Below are positions 63,667 to 64,000 of a stretch of 64,000 bases of DNA, piece by piece (the stretch's first letter is position 1; every line of letters starts with the position of its first letter). The DNA comes from Alphaproteobacteria bacterium (GTDB lineage: Bacteria; Pseudomonadota; Alphaproteobacteria; RF32; CAG-239). The DNA lies in assembly GCA_045537965.1 (NCBI GenBank), contig JAZSQL010000050.1:12096-76095 (forward strand), read 5' to 3'. The notes beneath the pieces were generated by a model. The model was not told where the DNA came from and did not search any database. It saw nothing but the letters and a program-made list of their open reading frames with translations. Made by a program: the position numbers and the translations under genes.

Positions 63667-64000
63667 ATGAAAAAAACAATTGCTATTTCTAGTTTTGCTT
63701 TAATGCTAGGTTTGGTTGGTAATGTTATGGCGCAACAACCTATGGGTGGTTTTAATGGACCATCTATTGCAAAAATTAGTGTTGCTGAGGCATTAAAATT
63801 AGGAGATGATGCACCAGTTGTACTAGAAGGAAAAATTGAAAAAAATTTAGGTGCTGAAAAATATTTGTTTACTGATGCAACAGGGTCAGTTACTATAGAA
63901 ATAGATAATGAAGATTGGCGCGGTGTTAATGTTAATGAAAAAGACATTGTCGAAATCAGAGGTGAAGTTGATAAAGACTTAATGAATTTTGAAATTGATG
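63667..64000 (+). CDS. YgiW/YdeI (BOF) family periplasmic OB-fold protein, 3' end runs off the window
   Basis: ATG at 63667 after AGGAGAAAAACA. Signal peptide MKKTIAISSFALMLGLVGNVMA. TVAEALKLGDDAPVVLEGKIEKNLGAEKYLFTDATGSVTIEIDNEDW matches the YgiW family. Absent from the ORF track because no stop is reached. Confidence 0.75.
   Translation, partial: MKKTIAISSFALMLGLVGNVMAQQPMGGFNGPSIAKISVAEALKLGDDAPVVLEGKIEKNLGAEKYLFTDATGSVTIEIDNEDWRGVNVNEKDIVEIRGEVDKDLMNFEID

Noticed and set aside
63591-63947. 118-aa minus-strand ORF from the track.
   Set aside because: The opposite strand carries a much better gene: RBS, signal peptide and YgiW/BOF-family motifs from 63667 to the window edge. The minus-strand ORF has a low-complexity S/P/I-rich translation typical of an antisense shadow.

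Overview
This AT-rich window carries about 70 tightly packed protein genes and two tRNAs. It looks alphaproteobacterial, most like an intracellular Rickettsiales- or Holosporales-type lineage. The evidence is a CtrA ortholog, dtd/smr/mltA/Tim44-like/secB synteny, VirB8-type paralogs, and orphan fliI-fliJ. Housekeeping content: D-Tyr-tRNA deacylase, MltA, SecB, Fe/Mn SOD, FliI/FliJ, CtrA, class III ribonucleotide reductase (NrdD/NrdG), PepF, an IMPase-family protein, CspA, UppP, XseA, L-LDH, AcpP, MltG, Lgt, QueA, a ComF-like protein, SucCD-like proteins, SufE, a sufB-(mazG-like)-sufCDS-sufT operon, NlpD-like, YajC-SecD-SecF, and tRNA-fMet and tRNA-Leu(CAG). I found no rRNA, CRISPR array, transposase or integrase. 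I cannot name one system with confidence. The best candidates for something undescribed are:
1. A 1355-aa glycine-zipper, repeat-containing protein with two small upstream ORFs, inserted between secB and sodB.
2. A TolC-like lipoprotein with an extra Ig/cadherin-like domain, divergently paired with two tandem orphan VirB8-fold proteins.
3. A SucCD-like pair whose alpha subunit has Tyr in place of the catalytic phosphohistidine, inside a tightly coupled GNAT-VanX-SufE-SucC-SucD-ComF gene string.
4. A class III RNR whose glycyl-radical domain sits on a separate 71-aa ORF with its own RBS, downstream of tandem NrdR boxes.
5. A 5.4-kb island bracketed by two inward-facing tRNAs that encodes a leaderless GH24 lysozyme-like protein.
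All family calls come from motif recognition by eye, with no database search.
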